From contig JAFSTA010000168.1 of the NCBI GenBank assembly GCA_017450695.1, forward strand, positions 17,826 through 81,825: a DNA stretch of 64,000 bases. Reading direction: 5' to 3'. Numbering within the stretch: the stretch's first letter is position 1; each line of letters opens with the position of its first letter. The translations under genes and the position numbers were made by a program. This DNA is from Kiritimatiellia bacterium. GTDB lineage: Bacteria > Verrucomicrobiota > Kiritimatiellia > RFP12 > UBA1067. The notes beneath the pieces were generated by a model. It was not told the origin of the DNA, did no database searches, and saw only the letters and a list, made by a program, of their open reading frames with translations. This document shows, one piece after another, positions 38,651 through 47,973 of this stretch.

Positions 38651-39364
38651 ATGTTTGGAAAGAAAACTGAGAAACAGGAAAAATCCGCCCTTGAATCGGA
38701 GGAGCGTGTAAAAGAGCAGGAAGAGCCGATCGCCGGGGAATCGGATTCCGTCGCCGAATCGGAAACCGATTCGGCCGCGCAGGAACAGCAGGAAGTTTCG
38801 GAGACGGTTGATGTCGCCGAATTGCAGCAGGCGCTTGCGGCGGAACAGGCTGCGCGCGAGCTGGCGGAAAAGAAGAGCTTGGAATTGAAGGAGCAGCTGG
38901 TGCGGACGATGGCGGATTTTGAGAATTTCCGCAAGCGCCAGATTCGCGACCGCGAAATGATGGAGCGTCATGCGAACGAGCGCGCGATGGAAGATTTCCT
39001 GCCGATCGTGGATCATTTGGAAATGGCTCTTTCCAAGACGGACGAAGAGGCGAAGAAAGATCCCTTCGTGCAGGGAATCCAGTTGATTTATACGCAGTTC
39101 ATCGATGCCTTCGCGAAGCATGGGATGACGCCGATTGACGCGAAGGGGGAGAAGTTCGATCCGCAGATTCACGAGGCGCTGACGCAGTTGCCCTCCGCCG
39201 ATGTGCCGGAGGGAGTGGTGATCGACCAGTTCCGGCGAGGCTGGAAAATCGGTGACTACCTTGTCCGTGCCGCCCAGGTGACCGTTTCTTCCGGTGCGCC
39301 CGCGCCTGAAACGCCGTCGCCTGAAGAGCCTTCGTCCGAGGCGGAGGGGACGGACGCCCAGTAA
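38651..39364 (+). CDS. grpE: Nucleotide exchange factor GrpE
   Basis: Acidic N-terminus, then LVRTMADFENFRKRQIRDRE and ...HEALTQLPS...V.DQFRRGWKIGDYLVRAAQV, all typical of GrpE. ATG 38651 is preferred over the TTG at 38600; AAGGAG lies at 38637-38642. Confidence 0.9.
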   Translation: MFGKKTEKQEKSALESEERVKEQEEPIAGESDSVAESETDSAAQEQQEVSETVDVAELQQALAAEQAARELAEKKSLELKEQLVRTMADFENFRKRQIRDREMMERHANERAMEDFLPIVDHLEMALSKTDEEAKKDPFVQGIQLIYTQFIDAFAKHGMTPIDAKGEKFDPQIHEALTQLPSADVPEGVVIDQFRRGWKIGDYLVRAAQVTVSSGAPAPETPSPEEPSSEAEGTDAQ

Positions 39365-39380
39365 CGGCGGGAGGTGACAC

Positions 39381-40571
39381 ATGGCAGAACAGAAGCGTGA
39401 CTACTACGAGGTATTGGGCGTTTCCAAGACCGCATCCGCTGACGAGATCAAGAGCGCCTACCGGAAGCTGGCGATGAAGTGGCATCCGGACCGCAATCCC
39501 GACAACAAGGAAGAGGCGACCAAGAAGTTCAGTGAGATCAGCGAGGCCTACGAGATCCTTTCCGATCCGAAGAAGCGTTCGCAGTACGACCAGTTCGGTT
39601 TCGCCGGCAACCATTTCGGGCCGGGCGGATTCGATTTCAACCGTGACTTCACGCACGGTGCGGATTTTGATCTGAGCGATATTTTCGGTGCGTTCTTCGG
39701 GGGCGGGCGTCACGGCGGATTCAGCAGCATGTTCGGGTTCGGCGACGAGGAACGGCCGGACGGTCCGCAACGTGGCAATGACCTCCGTTTTGACATGGAG
39801 ATTGATTTTGAAGAGGCGTTGTTCGGTTCCCAGCGGACGGTGGAACTGAATGTGAATGACACGTGCGGGGCTTGCAATGGAAGCGGGGCTGCCCCCGGTT
39901 CCAAGCGCACGACCTGTTCGACCTGTCACGGAAGCGGCGCGGTGGAGGGCGGTTCCGGTTTCTTCCGTGTCCGTCAAACCTGCCCGCACTGCCGGGGCGA
40001 GGGATCGATCATTTCCAATCCCTGTCCGCGTTGCCGCGGCAGCGGTCTGGAACGCAAGCTCCGGAAGATTTCGATGCGGATTCCCAAAGGCGTTGAGACA
40101 GGTTCCCGTCTCCGCCTTGCCGGGAAGGGCGAGGCGGGATTGCGCGGCGGTTCGGCGGGCGATCTCTACGTGGTGCTCCATGTACGCGAAAGCCCGATTT
40201 TCGACCGACAGGGGGACGAACTGATCTGCACGGTTTATGTCCGGCCGGATGTCGCCGCGCTGGGCGGTGACGTGCAGGTGCCGACCCCCGAAGGGTACGC
40301 GAGGCTGAAGATTCCCGCCGGTACGACGAGCGGGAAGGTTTTCCGGTTGCGTGGCAAGGGAATGCCGTCGCTTTCCGGCGGTACGGGAGATTTGCACGTG
40401 CGCATCGAGATCGAGGTTCCGGAACATCTTTCCTCCAAGCAGAAGAAGGCTTTGGAGGCGTTTGCGGAAGTTTGCACCGATGACAACTATCCTCTGAACA
40501 ACCGGCAGGAACAGCAGGCGAAGCAGTTCTACGATCGTCGCGACAGCTTGCAGAAGGCGGCTTCCAACTGA
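39381..40571 (+). CDS. dnaJ: Molecular chaperone DnaJ
   Basis: J domain (DYYEVLGV...KWHPDRNP), a G/F-rich linker and four CxxCxGxG zinc-finger repeats ([32 protein letters not shown]). Confidence 0.95.
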   Translation: MAEQKRDYYEVLGVSKTASADEIKSAYRKLAMKWHPDRNPDNKEEATKKFSEISEAYEILSDPKKRSQYDQFGFAGNHFGPGGFDFNRDFTHGADFDLSDIFGAFFGGGRHGGFSSMFGFGDEERPDGPQRGNDLRFDMEIDFEEALFGSQRTVELNVNDTCGACNGSGAAPGSKRTTCSTCHGSGAVEGGSGFFRVRQTCPHCRGEGSIISNPCPRCRGSGLERKLRKISMRIPKGVETGSRLRLAGKGEAGLRGGSAGDLYVVLHVRESPIFDRQGDELICTVYVRPDVAALGGDVQVPTPEGYARLKIPAGTTSGKVFRLRGKGMPSLSGGTGDLHVRIEIEVPEHLSSKQKKALEAFAEVCTDDNYPLNNRQEQQAKQFYDRRDSLQKAASN

Positions 40572-40572
40572 T

Positions 40573-41292
40573 ATGCACCGTTGCCTGATCCAGCCCGAAG
40601 CGCTTTCGTCCGACTCGATCCGTCTCGGTCACGAGGAGTCCCGTCACTTGCGGACCGTCCTGCGTGTCAAGGCGGGGGATGCGGTCGAGCTTTTCGACGG
40701 CGCGGGCTATACCCGGCGCGTGGAAGTGAAAGCGGCAGACCGGCAGGGGCTGGTTGTTGAGCCGCTCGAAGCGCCGCAGTTTCACGCACGGCTTCCCGTG
40801 TCGATGGTTCTCTTCGCCAGCGTCATCAAGCGGATGGACTGGACGGTGGAGAAGGCGACCGAACTGGGTGTCGCCGAGATCGTCCCCGTGCTGACGGACC
40901 GTTGCGTCATCCGTATATCCGCGAAAGACGCACCCGCGAAGGTCGAACGTTGGTTGCGGATTGCGGAGGACTCACTTCGGCAATGCGGTGGCAGCTGGAT
41001 GCCCCGTATTCATCTTCCCTGTACACTGGAGGAGTCTTTGGCTCGGATTGCCGCGCAACGGACTTACGTGGCGGCGCTCTCCCCGTCCGCGCGCCCGTTT
41101 CGCGAGTGTCTGGAAGGGGGGCGTCTGGAGCGTGTCGCGTATTACGTCGGGCCGGAAGGCGATTTCACGAACGAAGAGCTGGAAGCGTTGTTGCGCTCCG
41201 GGTGCGTTCCCGTGAGCCTCGGACCGCGTGTCCTCCGCGCCGAAACCGCCTGCCTCTACGGGCTGAGCGTTTTGAGCAGCGCCTGGCTGTAA
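40573..41292 (+). CDS. rsmE: 16S rRNA (uracil1498-N3)-methyltransferase RsmE
   Basis: 239 aa with an N-terminal PUA-like region (GHEESRHLRTVLRVKAGDAVELFDG) and a C-terminal SPOUT motif (VGPEGDFTNEELE...LGPRVLRAETA). Confidence 0.85.
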   Translation: MHRCLIQPEALSSDSIRLGHEESRHLRTVLRVKAGDAVELFDGAGYTRRVEVKAADRQGLVVEPLEAPQFHARLPVSMVLFASVIKRMDWTVEKATELGVAEIVPVLTDRCVIRISAKDAPAKVERWLRIAEDSLRQCGGSWMPRIHLPCTLEESLARIAAQRTYVAALSPSARPFRECLEGGRLERVAYYVGPEGDFTNEELEALLRSGCVPVSLGPRVLRAETACLYGLSVLSSAWL

Positions 41293-41350
41293 GCCCCCGC
41301 TCACGCCATGCGCGAGGGATTCAATTCGGATGACTTCATTGATCCCAAAT

Positions 41351-41625
41351 TCCTCTGTTGGACACTTTGAAAAACCACGGAACACACGGAATACACGGAA
41401 AATCTGTCGGCGAGGGCGCTTCGCGCAACCACGAAAGGATGGTTAAATAGTTAAATGGTTAAATGTTTAAATGGTTAAATCGCCACTGGCGCGGCTTTAA
41501 ATTGGCCATTCACTCTTCGGGGAAGTGACACTCTTGTCGCTTTTCGTCGGTTCATCCATTTCACTATTTAAGCATTTCAAAGCGAAGCGATTTAACTTTC
41601 CCTCGATTCCTCTGTTGGACACTTT
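41351..41625. repeat. Mosaic intergenic repeat block (E reverse, D reverse with inserted B hairpin, E fragment)
   Basis: 41351-41400 TCCTCTGTTGGACACTTTGAAAAACCACGGAACACACGGAATACACGGAA is the reverse complement of E. The D element (reverse) at 41438-41602 has the B hairpin GGGGAAGTGACACTCTTGTCGCTTTT (41519-41544) inserted in its centre. A second TCCTCTGTTGGACACTTTGA lies at 41609-41628. Confidence 0.85.
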
Positions 41626-41965
41626 GAGATGAATCATGGTGCTTTGGAATTTTTCAGGCTTTCAGCATTTGGGTGAATCCGTTTTCTGTCGTAACGTGTG
41701 TGCGGGGGATCGAAGTCCCTGTTTTCGGTACTTTCTCCGCGCACTCTGCGGCCTCAGCGGCTCTGCGTGAGAACCCAAACGAGGAATCTAGGTTGATTTT
41801 TTGGAAGTTGTGGTTGAAGTTATAGACGAGGAAGGGTGCGATTCCGCGCATCCGCACCAAGCCATGTTCCGTTCCGTGCCCGCGCATTTTTGCGCGGGTT
41901 GGTGTCTCTCCCCGCTACCCCTCTTTGCCGTCCCGGTACACGTCCCGATCCAGCGAAGTTCGGAA

Positions 41966-41995
41966 TTGTGAGGGGGGCTGGAAGTGTGGTATAAT
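41966..41995 (+). promoter_or_regulatory. Candidate extended -10 promoter immediately upstream of the GH106-like gene
   Basis: TTGTGA (41966-41971), an 18-nt spacer ending in TGG, then TATAAT (41990-41995), which gives TGgTATAAT. The -10 element ends only 10 nt before the ATG at 42006, implying a near-leaderless transcript if it is used. Confidence 0.3.
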
Positions 41996-42005
41996 CAAAG
42001 GCATT

Positions 42006-45000
42006 ATGAAGAAAACAAACTGTCTTGTCGGTTGTCTGTTGTTGGTGGCTTGGCACGGGTTCGCGCTTGACGCGGCGCTGTTTTGCAAGCCGGCGCAGGA
42101 ACATCATCCGGAAACGTGGTTCCACTTCATCGGCGGGAATGTGGCTGCCTCCGGTGTCACCGCCGATTTGGAGGCGATCCGCGATGCCGGGATTTCGGGG
42201 GTGCAGTTTTTCCACGGCCAGTTCGGCGGTCCGTGGCCGGGCGTGTCGCCGCAGATTCCCTGCCTGAGTCCGCAGTGGGACGATCTGGTGCGTCATGTCG
42301 CCTCCGAGTGCCAGCGACTAGGGTTGACTTTCAAGATGCAGAACTGTCCGGGCTGGGCGATGTCGGGCGGTCCGTGGATCGCGCCGAGCAACGCCATGCG
42401 CAATCTGGTGTTCAGCCGTACGGACGTGCGTTCGGGATCGGGGGCGGGCGTGCAGCTCCCGCTTCCGTCGCAGACCAGGGAGGAGTGGCGCGATTATCAG
42501 GACATCGCCGTGCTGGCATTCCCGACGCCGGAAGGCGACACGGGGAAGCCGCTGGTTCCGAGTTCGGTCGCGAACGCGATGTTCCGAGATCCGTTTGCCG
42601 GCAAGAAGGCTTCCTTTTCGGCGCTCTCCGGCACGAACGTGTACAGTACCGAGTTCACCTTCGACAAACCCGTCACCCTGCGTTCCGTCGGTCTGCCGTC
42701 GCCCTCGCAGCTGAACCACGGCTGGAGTTACGAGATCGGCATGGAGGTGTGGGTCGAGGCGTTGACGCCGAACGGTCCCCGGCAGGTCGCGCACTGGGAG
42801 TTGCCGCAGGGATGCTGGCAGGACAACGAGCCGATCACGATCGCGTGCGACGACGAGTCGTCCGCGCGCTGGCGGTTTTCCTTCCGCAATCGGCGCGACG
42901 TGAACCTCGCGTTCATCCGCCTTTCCAGCGCGGCGCGGGAAAGCAACTGGGAGGGACTTGCCGCCACGACCTTGCGTGGGCTGGTGCGCGTACCGCAGCA
43001 GCGTCAGAGCCGCGCCGCATGGATCCGTCCCGACCAGATCCTGGACCTGACGGCGCTGATGGATGCGGAAGGCCGCGTCTCTTTGGCGGGGCTTTCCGGT
43101 AACTACACGATTCTGCGGATCGGGCATGTCAACGCGGGATACAAGAACGCGCCCGCACCGCCCGAAGGAACCGGCTGGGAGTGCAACAAACTCTCGAAGC
43201 GTGGCGCGGACGCGCATTTTGCGGGATACATCGGTCGCTTGAAGAACGAGGTGTTGGACAAGGGACAGCTCGCGGGGATGCTGATGGATAGCTGGGAGTG
43301 CCGCCGCCAGACATGGACGTATGAGATGGAGGAAGAGTTCCTTCGCTTGCGCAAATATGAACTGCGCCGTTGGCTTCCGGCGGTTTTCGGATGGGTGATC
43401 GACGATCCGGAGACCACCTGGCGTTTCCTGCACGACTGGCGCCAGACGATCAGTGACCTGTGCGTACACAACTTCTACGGGCGCATGGCGGAGCTGGCGC
43501 ATAAGAACGGTCTGAAGATCCAGTTCGAGACGGCGTTCGGCGATGTCTTCCCCGGCGACCTGCTGGAGTTCTGGAAATACGCGGACGAGCCGATGTGCGA
43601 GTTCTGGCAGCCTCACAGCGACGGGTTTGTCGGCAGCTTCAACTTCAAGCCCGTGAAGCCCTGCGTCTCCGCCGCGCGAATGTACGGCAAGAAGCGCGTG
43701 GCGGCGGAGGCGTTCACCTCCTTCGCGCTGACGTGGGACGAGAAGTTCCGGATGCTGAAGCAGGTGGGGAACCTGCATTACGCGAACGGCGTGACGCATT
43801 TCGTCTTCCACACCTACACGCACAATCCGCGGATCGGTGTCGTTCCGGGAACCTCGTTCGCGAACAGCATCGGCACACCCTTCCTGCGCGGGCAGACTTG
43901 GTGGAAGTGGATGCCGCAGCTGACAGAGTACTTCGCCCGTTGCGAGACGATGCTGGAGGCGGGGAAGCCGGTTTCCGATGTGCTGTGGTACCTCGGCGAC
44001 GAACTGGGGCATAAGCCGTTGGAGGATGCGCCATTCCCCGCAGGCTACAAGTACGACTACTGCAATGCCGACGCCTTGCTGAACCGGATTCGGGTCAAGG
44101 GTGGCAAGTGGATGACGCCGGAGGGGATCTCGTATCGCGTCCTGTGGTTGCCGGACACGGAACGGATGCTTCCGGAGACCGTGGAACGCATCGTGCGGCT
44201 GGCCCGTGCCGGTGGCGTGGTTGCGTGGGATCGCCTGCCCTTGGGGAATGCCTCGCTGACGGGCGGCAGCGAAGCCTCGCGGAAACTGGCGAAGAGCCTG
44301 CAGGAAATCTGGGACGCCAAGGAGAAAGGGTATGACGCCCATCGGATTGGCAGGGGGCGTATCTACGTCGGGATGTCGCTTGCGGATGTGTTGCGCAAGG
44401 AGGAGATCGCCCCGGATGTGGAAGGGAGCGGCGTGATGTGGTGCCACCGTCAGGACGAGAAGGCGGACTGGTACTTCGTCTGCGCGGACAAGCCGACCGG
44501 ATTCAACGGTTCGCTCCGTTTCCGCGCGGGTGGAAAGGTCAGCGTGTGGGATCCCGTGACGGGGAAGACCAGCACCGCCGTGACCTCGCGCGAACAGAAC
44601 GGGATCACCACGGTCGCGTTGCAACTGGCGCCGTCGGCATCCAGTTTCCTCGTCTTCGAGCGAGAGGAGAAGCAAGGCGTGACCGTCGCCGCCGTGACGC
44701 ATGACGGAAACGCGGTGCCGGATGCGTGGGAGGTTTCCGACCAGACCTTTGCCGTAACGGTGGAACAGGCCGTGTACGAGGCGATTGACAACGCCAACCT
44801 GAAGCAGGACGTGACGGGGATCGTCCGTAAGTTCCTCGCGGAAGGCGGCAAGTCCCTGCGCGTGACGAACGGGACGCTCGGCGGGGATCCCGCGTATCGG
44901 CACGTCAAACGCTTCCGCGCCACGCTGCGCGATTCGGCTGGGAAACATTGGACGGTCGAGGCCGGTGAGGGAACGACGGCCGAACTGATCCAGGACGGAC

Positions 45001-45635
45001 AGGTGCTGGCTTCGCCTCCGCCTTACACCACGCTGCCGGAAGGCGCGGGAATCGTCGCCTGGAAGCCGGGACGTTATGAAGTGACGCTTTCGGACGGAAG
45101 CCGCGTGACGAACGAGGCCACCCGCGTGGCGGAATATCGGTTGATCGGTCCGTGGAATGTCGAGTTCCCGGAAGGCTGGGGAATGCGTGACAGTTACACC
45201 ATGCCTGAACTCAAGCCGTGGCGCGAGCTGCGCGGTTTGCCGGAAACGCCGTATTTCTCGGGGACGGCGACCTACACCATCAGTTTCCCGGTGAACGAGA
45301 TGTCCGGGAAATCCCGGTATCTGCTGGACTTGGGCAAGGTGGAATCCATCGCATCCGTCCGGTTGAACGAGCGCAGGCTTCCCGTTCTCTGGGCGGAACC
45401 GTACCAGGTGGATATCTCCTCCTGTCTCCATGTGGGCGTCAACCTCCTGGTGATCGAAGTGACGGACACATGGCATAACCGATTGGTCTTCGATGCGGGG
45501 CAACCGCAGGAGAAACAGAAGACCTGGACGATCAAGGGACCGTCGAAAAACGCACAACTGCGCGACTCCGGCTTGATCGGCCCGGTCATGTTGCGTGTGG
45601 GCGAATGCTTCCCTGTGGTCCAGGCCGCGCAATAA
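42006..45635 (+). CDS. Large secreted glycoside hydrolase, GH106-like (alpha-L-rhamnosidase-like) with galactose-binding-like C-terminal domain
   Basis: Start ATG 42006 (MKKTNCLVGCLLLVAWHGFA). The N-terminal pattern HPETWFHFIGGNVAASGVTADLEAIRDAGISGVQFFHG resembles the GH106 signature (W.W..G....GIT.DLEAMK..GIGG) from memory. The C-terminal SGLIGPVMLRV is typical of this group. Confidence 0.6.
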   Translation: MKKTNCLVGCLLLVAWHGFALDAALFCKPAQEHHPETWFHFIGGNVAASGVTADLEAIRDAGISGVQFFHGQFGGPWPGVSPQIPCLSPQWDDLVRHVASECQRLGLTFKMQNCPGWAMSGGPWIAPSNAMRNLVFSRTDVRSGSGAGVQLPLPSQTREEWRDYQDIAVLAFPTPEGDTGKPLVPSSVANAMFRDPFAGKKASFSALSGTNVYSTEFTFDKPVTLRSVGLPSPSQLNHGWSYEIGMEVWVEALTPNGPRQVAHWELPQGCWQDNEPITIACDDESSARWRFSFRNRRDVNLAFIRLSSAARESNWEGLAATTLRGLVRVPQQRQSRAAWIRPDQILDLTALMDAEGRVSLAGLSGNYTILRIGHVNAGYKNAPAPPEGTGWECNKLSKRGADAHFAGYIGRLKNEVLDKGQLAGMLMDSWECRRQTWTYEMEEEFLRLRKYELRRWLPAVFGWVIDDPETTWRFLHDWRQTISDLCVHNFYGRMAELAHKNGLKIQFETAFGDVFPGDLLEFWKYADEPMCEFWQPHSDGFVGSFNFKPVKPCVSAARMYGKKRVAAEAFTSFALTWDEKFRMLKQVGNLHYANGVTHFVFHTYTHNPRIGVVPGTSFANSIGTPFLRGQTWWKWMPQLTEYFARCETMLEAGKPVSDVLWYLGDELGHKPLEDAPFPAGYKYDYCNADALLNRIRVKGGKWMTPEGISYRVLWLPDTERMLPETVERIVRLARAGGVVAWDRLPLGNASLTGGSEASRKLAKSLQEIWDAKEKGYDAHRIGRGRIYVGMSLADVLRKEEIAPDVEGSGVMWCHRQDEKADWYFVCADKPTGFNGSLRFRAGGKVSVWDPVTGKTSTAVTSREQNGITTVALQLAPSASSFLVFEREEKQGVTVAAVTHDGNAVPDAWEVSDQTFAVTVEQAVYEAIDNANLKQDVTGIVRKFLAEGGKSLRVTNGTLGGDPAYRHVKRFRATLRDSAGKHWTVEAGEGTTAELIQDGQVLASPPPYTTLPEGAGIVAWKPGRYEVTLSDGSRVTNEATRVAEYRLIGPWNVEFPEGWGMRDSYTMPELKPWRELRGLPETPYFSGTATYTISFPVNEMSGKSRYLLDLGKVESIASVRLNERRLPVLWAEPYQVDISSCLHVGVNLLVIEVTDTWHNRLVFDAGQPQEKQKTWTIKGPSKNAQLRDSGLIGPVMLRVGECFPVVQAAQ

Positions 45636-45656
45636 AATTCCGAAAGGAACGTTTGT

Positions 45657-46481
45657 ATGCTTATGAAAAAGATAGTTGTAGTAGCATCCTGCATGATTGT
45701 CAGTGTTGCGGTGGGGTGGTTCGCTCACTCGTTTACGTCCGCATCTACCGACAAGCCGGCCGATGCCCGCAAGGGCGTCCGCGCCGGGCGCGTGATTGAA
45801 AAGAAGCTGGCGGTCCGTGACGAGACCGCCGACTTGGAGATTGCGGCGTTGAAAAAGCGTATCAAGGAACTGGAGTCTTTGCTCTTCCAGGAGCAGAAGA
45901 CAACGGAGGATACGGTGGAAAAGGCGGTCGAGTCTGCCGTCAACAAGGTGGCGAATGATCGTCGCGAACCGCGTGACTTCCGTGCCCGCATGGAGCAGAT
46001 GAAAAAGGATGATCCCCAACGGTACGAGGAGATGCGCAAAAACCGTGAGGAGTGGCGGAACCGGATGCGCCAGCGGGAACAGGAGAAGGTCGATTTCCTG
46101 TCGAGCGTCGATACATCCGGCTTTTCCCCAGCCGCGAAGGCGACGCACGAGCAGTTGCTGGGGCAGATCGAAAAAGTCAACGCCCTCGTGGAGGAGTTCC
46201 GGGAACAGCACGAGAGTGGCGCGTTCGGAAACCTCACGGATGAACAGCGGCGCGAACAGCATGAATCTTTCCGTCAGGAAATGGAACTCCTGCAGAACCT
46301 CTACCAGGATGAGCGCAACAACCTCCTGCTCTCCACGGCGGAGTCCGCCGGATTCACGGGGACGGATGCGAACGACTTCGTGCAGCTGATCCAGGGCATC
46401 TACGATTCCACTTCCGCGTGGGGACCTGGACGGCGTGGTGGGCGCGGCGGTCCCGGCGGTCCCCCGCCTCCTCCTCGCTAA
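45657..46481 (+). CDS. Hypothetical membrane-anchored coiled-coil protein with Gly/Pro-rich tail
   Basis: 274 aa with an N-terminal TM/signal segment (KKIVVVASCMIVSVAVGWFA). The body is charged and heptad-like, rich in E/R/K/Q. The C-terminus is GPGRRGGRGGPGGPPPPPR. It starts 21 nt after the GH106-like gene. No family recognised. Confidence 0.6.
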   Translation: MLMKKIVVVASCMIVSVAVGWFAHSFTSASTDKPADARKGVRAGRVIEKKLAVRDETADLEIAALKKRIKELESLLFQEQKTTEDTVEKAVESAVNKVANDRREPRDFRARMEQMKKDDPQRYEEMRKNREEWRNRMRQREQEKVDFLSSVDTSGFSPAAKATHEQLLGQIEKVNALVEEFREQHESGAFGNLTDEQRREQHESFRQEMELLQNLYQDERNNLLLSTAESAGFTGTDANDFVQLIQGIYDSTSAWGPGRRGGRGGPGGPPPPPR

Positions 46482-46525
46482 GGCAAGGGAAGTTTCATGA
46501 CCGTGACTTGAACGCGCTTGGTCGG

Positions 46526-46560
46526 CTTGCGGGACGGGGCGCCTTTGGCCCGTCCGCAAG
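46526..46560 (+). other. Strong GC-rich hairpin at the left edge of the methyltransferase island (possible U-tract-less terminator or boundary element)
   Basis: CTTGCGG(G)ACGGG - loop GCGCCTTTG - GCCCGTCCGCAAG gives 12 bp with one bulged G and no downstream T run. It lies between the coiled-coil gene stop (46481) and the methyltransferase RBS (46572). Confidence 0.4.
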
Positions 46561-46584
46561 CGATCACAGACAAGGAGAATACGG

Positions 46585-47652
46585 GTGAGTCGATCGGGGA
46601 ACAGCAACCTTCACGATTCGTCGCGAAACAAGCAGGACGAGTTCTACACCAACCTCCAGCTCATCGAGGACGAGCTGAAGCACTACCGCGCGCACTTCAA
46701 GGGCAAGCGCGTCCTGTGCAACTGCGACGATCCCTACGAAAGCAACTTTTTCAAATATTTCGCGATGAGTTTCAATTCGCTCGGGCTGAAAAGCCTCACC
46801 GCGACGTGCTACGCGACAAGTCCCGTCGTGTACACACAGCTCGACCTGTTCGGGGAGGAGATGATCGTTGGCCGCAAAGGAACGCAAAGGGGGAAACAGC
46901 CCTACAAGATCGTCATAAACGAGGTCACGGACGTGAACGGGGACGGGCGCGTCGACCTTGCCGACGTGGAATGGCTCATCAAGAACAGGAAGAACGTGCT
47001 GACAAAGCTGAAGGGCGACGGCGACTTCCGCTCCGCCGAGTGCGTCGCGCTCCTCGACGAGGCGGACATCGTCGTCACCAACCCGCCGTTCTCGCTTTTC
47101 CGCGAATACATGGCGCTCCTGATGGAGCATGGCAAGCAGTTTCTCATCCTCGGCAACATGAACGCCGTCACCTACCGCGAGATATTCCCGCTCATTCGCG
47201 ACAACAAGGTGTGGCTCGGCAACAAGGCGGGGCATTTCTGGTTCAGGGTGCCGGACAGCTACGAGGAAAAGGCGACGGACTTCAAGATTGACGAGAACGG
47301 GCAGAAGTGGCGGCGCATGGGCAACATCTGCTGGTTCACCAACCTCGACATAGAAAAACGCCACGAGGAGATGACGCTCTTCCGCCATTATTCGCCGGAG
47401 GAATATCCCACATACGACAACTACGACGCGATAGACGTAAAGAAGACAAATGATATTCCTTGTGACTATCTAGGTGTAATGGGTGTGCCTATTACATTCA
47501 TGCAGTATTATTGCCCAGAACAATTTGACTTGCTTGGCGAATTTAATCATGGGCAAGATAACGAATTCGATTTGGCGGTTCCAAGTGTCAATGGGAAAGT
47601 AATGTTTAAGCGTATTGCAATTCGCCGCAAGCGGAAGGGGCAGGTAAAATGA
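46585..47652 (+). CDS. N6-adenine DNA methyltransferase, EcoRI-methylase family (PF13651-like)
   Basis: GTG start 46585 with AAGGAG at 46572-46577. NKQDEFYTNLQLIEDELKHYRAHFKGKRVLCNCDDPYESNFFKYF, catalytic VVTNPPFSLFREY (NPPF) and C-terminal GVMGVPITFMQYYCPEQFDLLG match the family pattern from memory. Confidence 0.8.
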   Translation: MSRSGNSNLHDSSRNKQDEFYTNLQLIEDELKHYRAHFKGKRVLCNCDDPYESNFFKYFAMSFNSLGLKSLTATCYATSPVVYTQLDLFGEEMIVGRKGTQRGKQPYKIVINEVTDVNGDGRVDLADVEWLIKNRKNVLTKLKGDGDFRSAECVALLDEADIVVTNPPFSLFREYMALLMEHGKQFLILGNMNAVTYREIFPLIRDNKVWLGNKAGHFWFRVPDSYEEKATDFKIDENGQKWRRMGNICWFTNLDIEKRHEEMTLFRHYSPEEYPTYDNYDAIDVKKTNDIPCDYLGVMGVPITFMQYYCPEQFDLLGEFNHGQDNEFDLAVPSVNGKVMFKRIAIRRKRKGQVK

Positions 47653-47955
47653 ATAACAACCGGATTTGTTCGCCGCTAACGCGGCTCACTGATGCGAGAA
47701 TGGCGAAGGCCGTTAGGCCTGAGCAAATCCGCTTGTTAAACACAAGCGAAACAATGAACAACAACCGGATTTGTTCGCCGCTAACGCGGCTCACTGATGC
47801 GAGAATGGCGAAGGCCGTTAGGCCTGAGCAAATCCGCTTGTTAAACACAAGCGAAACAATGAACAACAAACGGATTTGTTCGCCGCTAACGCGGCTCACT
47901 ATGCGAGAATGGCGAACGCCGTTAGGCGCGAGCAAATCCGTTTGTTGAACACAAA
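47649..47955 (+). repeat. Three tandem copies of a 105-bp hairpin-forming unit (between the methyltransferase stop and the GxxExxY gene)
   Basis: Units start at 47649, 47754 and 47859. Copies 1 and 2 differ at one position; copy 3 is diverged with a 1-nt deletion. Each unit has arms AACAACCGGATTTGTTCG / GAGCAAATCCGCTTGTT enclosing CTAAC...GTTAGGC. Copy 1 begins inside the methyltransferase stop codon. Confidence 0.9.
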
Positions 47956-47973
47956 CAAAGGAATGGAGGTTGT

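Noticed and set aside
41703-41727. tRNA-like T-arm (GGGGG-ATCGAAG-TCCCT) in the long spacer upstream of the GH106-like gene
   Set aside because: No complementary acceptor 5' strand, D-arm or anticodon arm can be drawn in the preceding 70 nt. The loop deviates from TTCRANN. It is more likely a weak hairpin followed by TGTTTT.
41654-41887. 77-aa minus-strand ORF in the long spacer
   Set aside because: It has no RBS and no recognisable motif. It lies in a lower-GC non-coding-looking tract and partly overlaps hairpin sequences, so it is probably spurious.
42318-46607. 1429-aa minus-strand ORF spanning the GH106-like gene, the coiled-coil gene and the spacer
   Set aside because: The composition is extremely Arg/Pro/His/Gly-rich with no recognisable motif. 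It is antisense to two plus-strand ORFs that have clear signal peptides and family motifs. Long stop-free antisense frames are expected at this GC content.
47649-47948. 99-aa ORF encoding three copies of MNNNRICSPLTRLTDARMAKAVRPEQIRLLNTSET (possible repeated peptide or RiPP-like precursor), and the 130-aa ORF on the opposite strand
   Set aside because: The repeat unit is 105 bp (a multiple of 3), so any open frame is propagated automatically. Both strands are open. No RBS precedes the first ATG, which overlaps the methyltransferase stop. The sequence is better explained by its hairpin structure.
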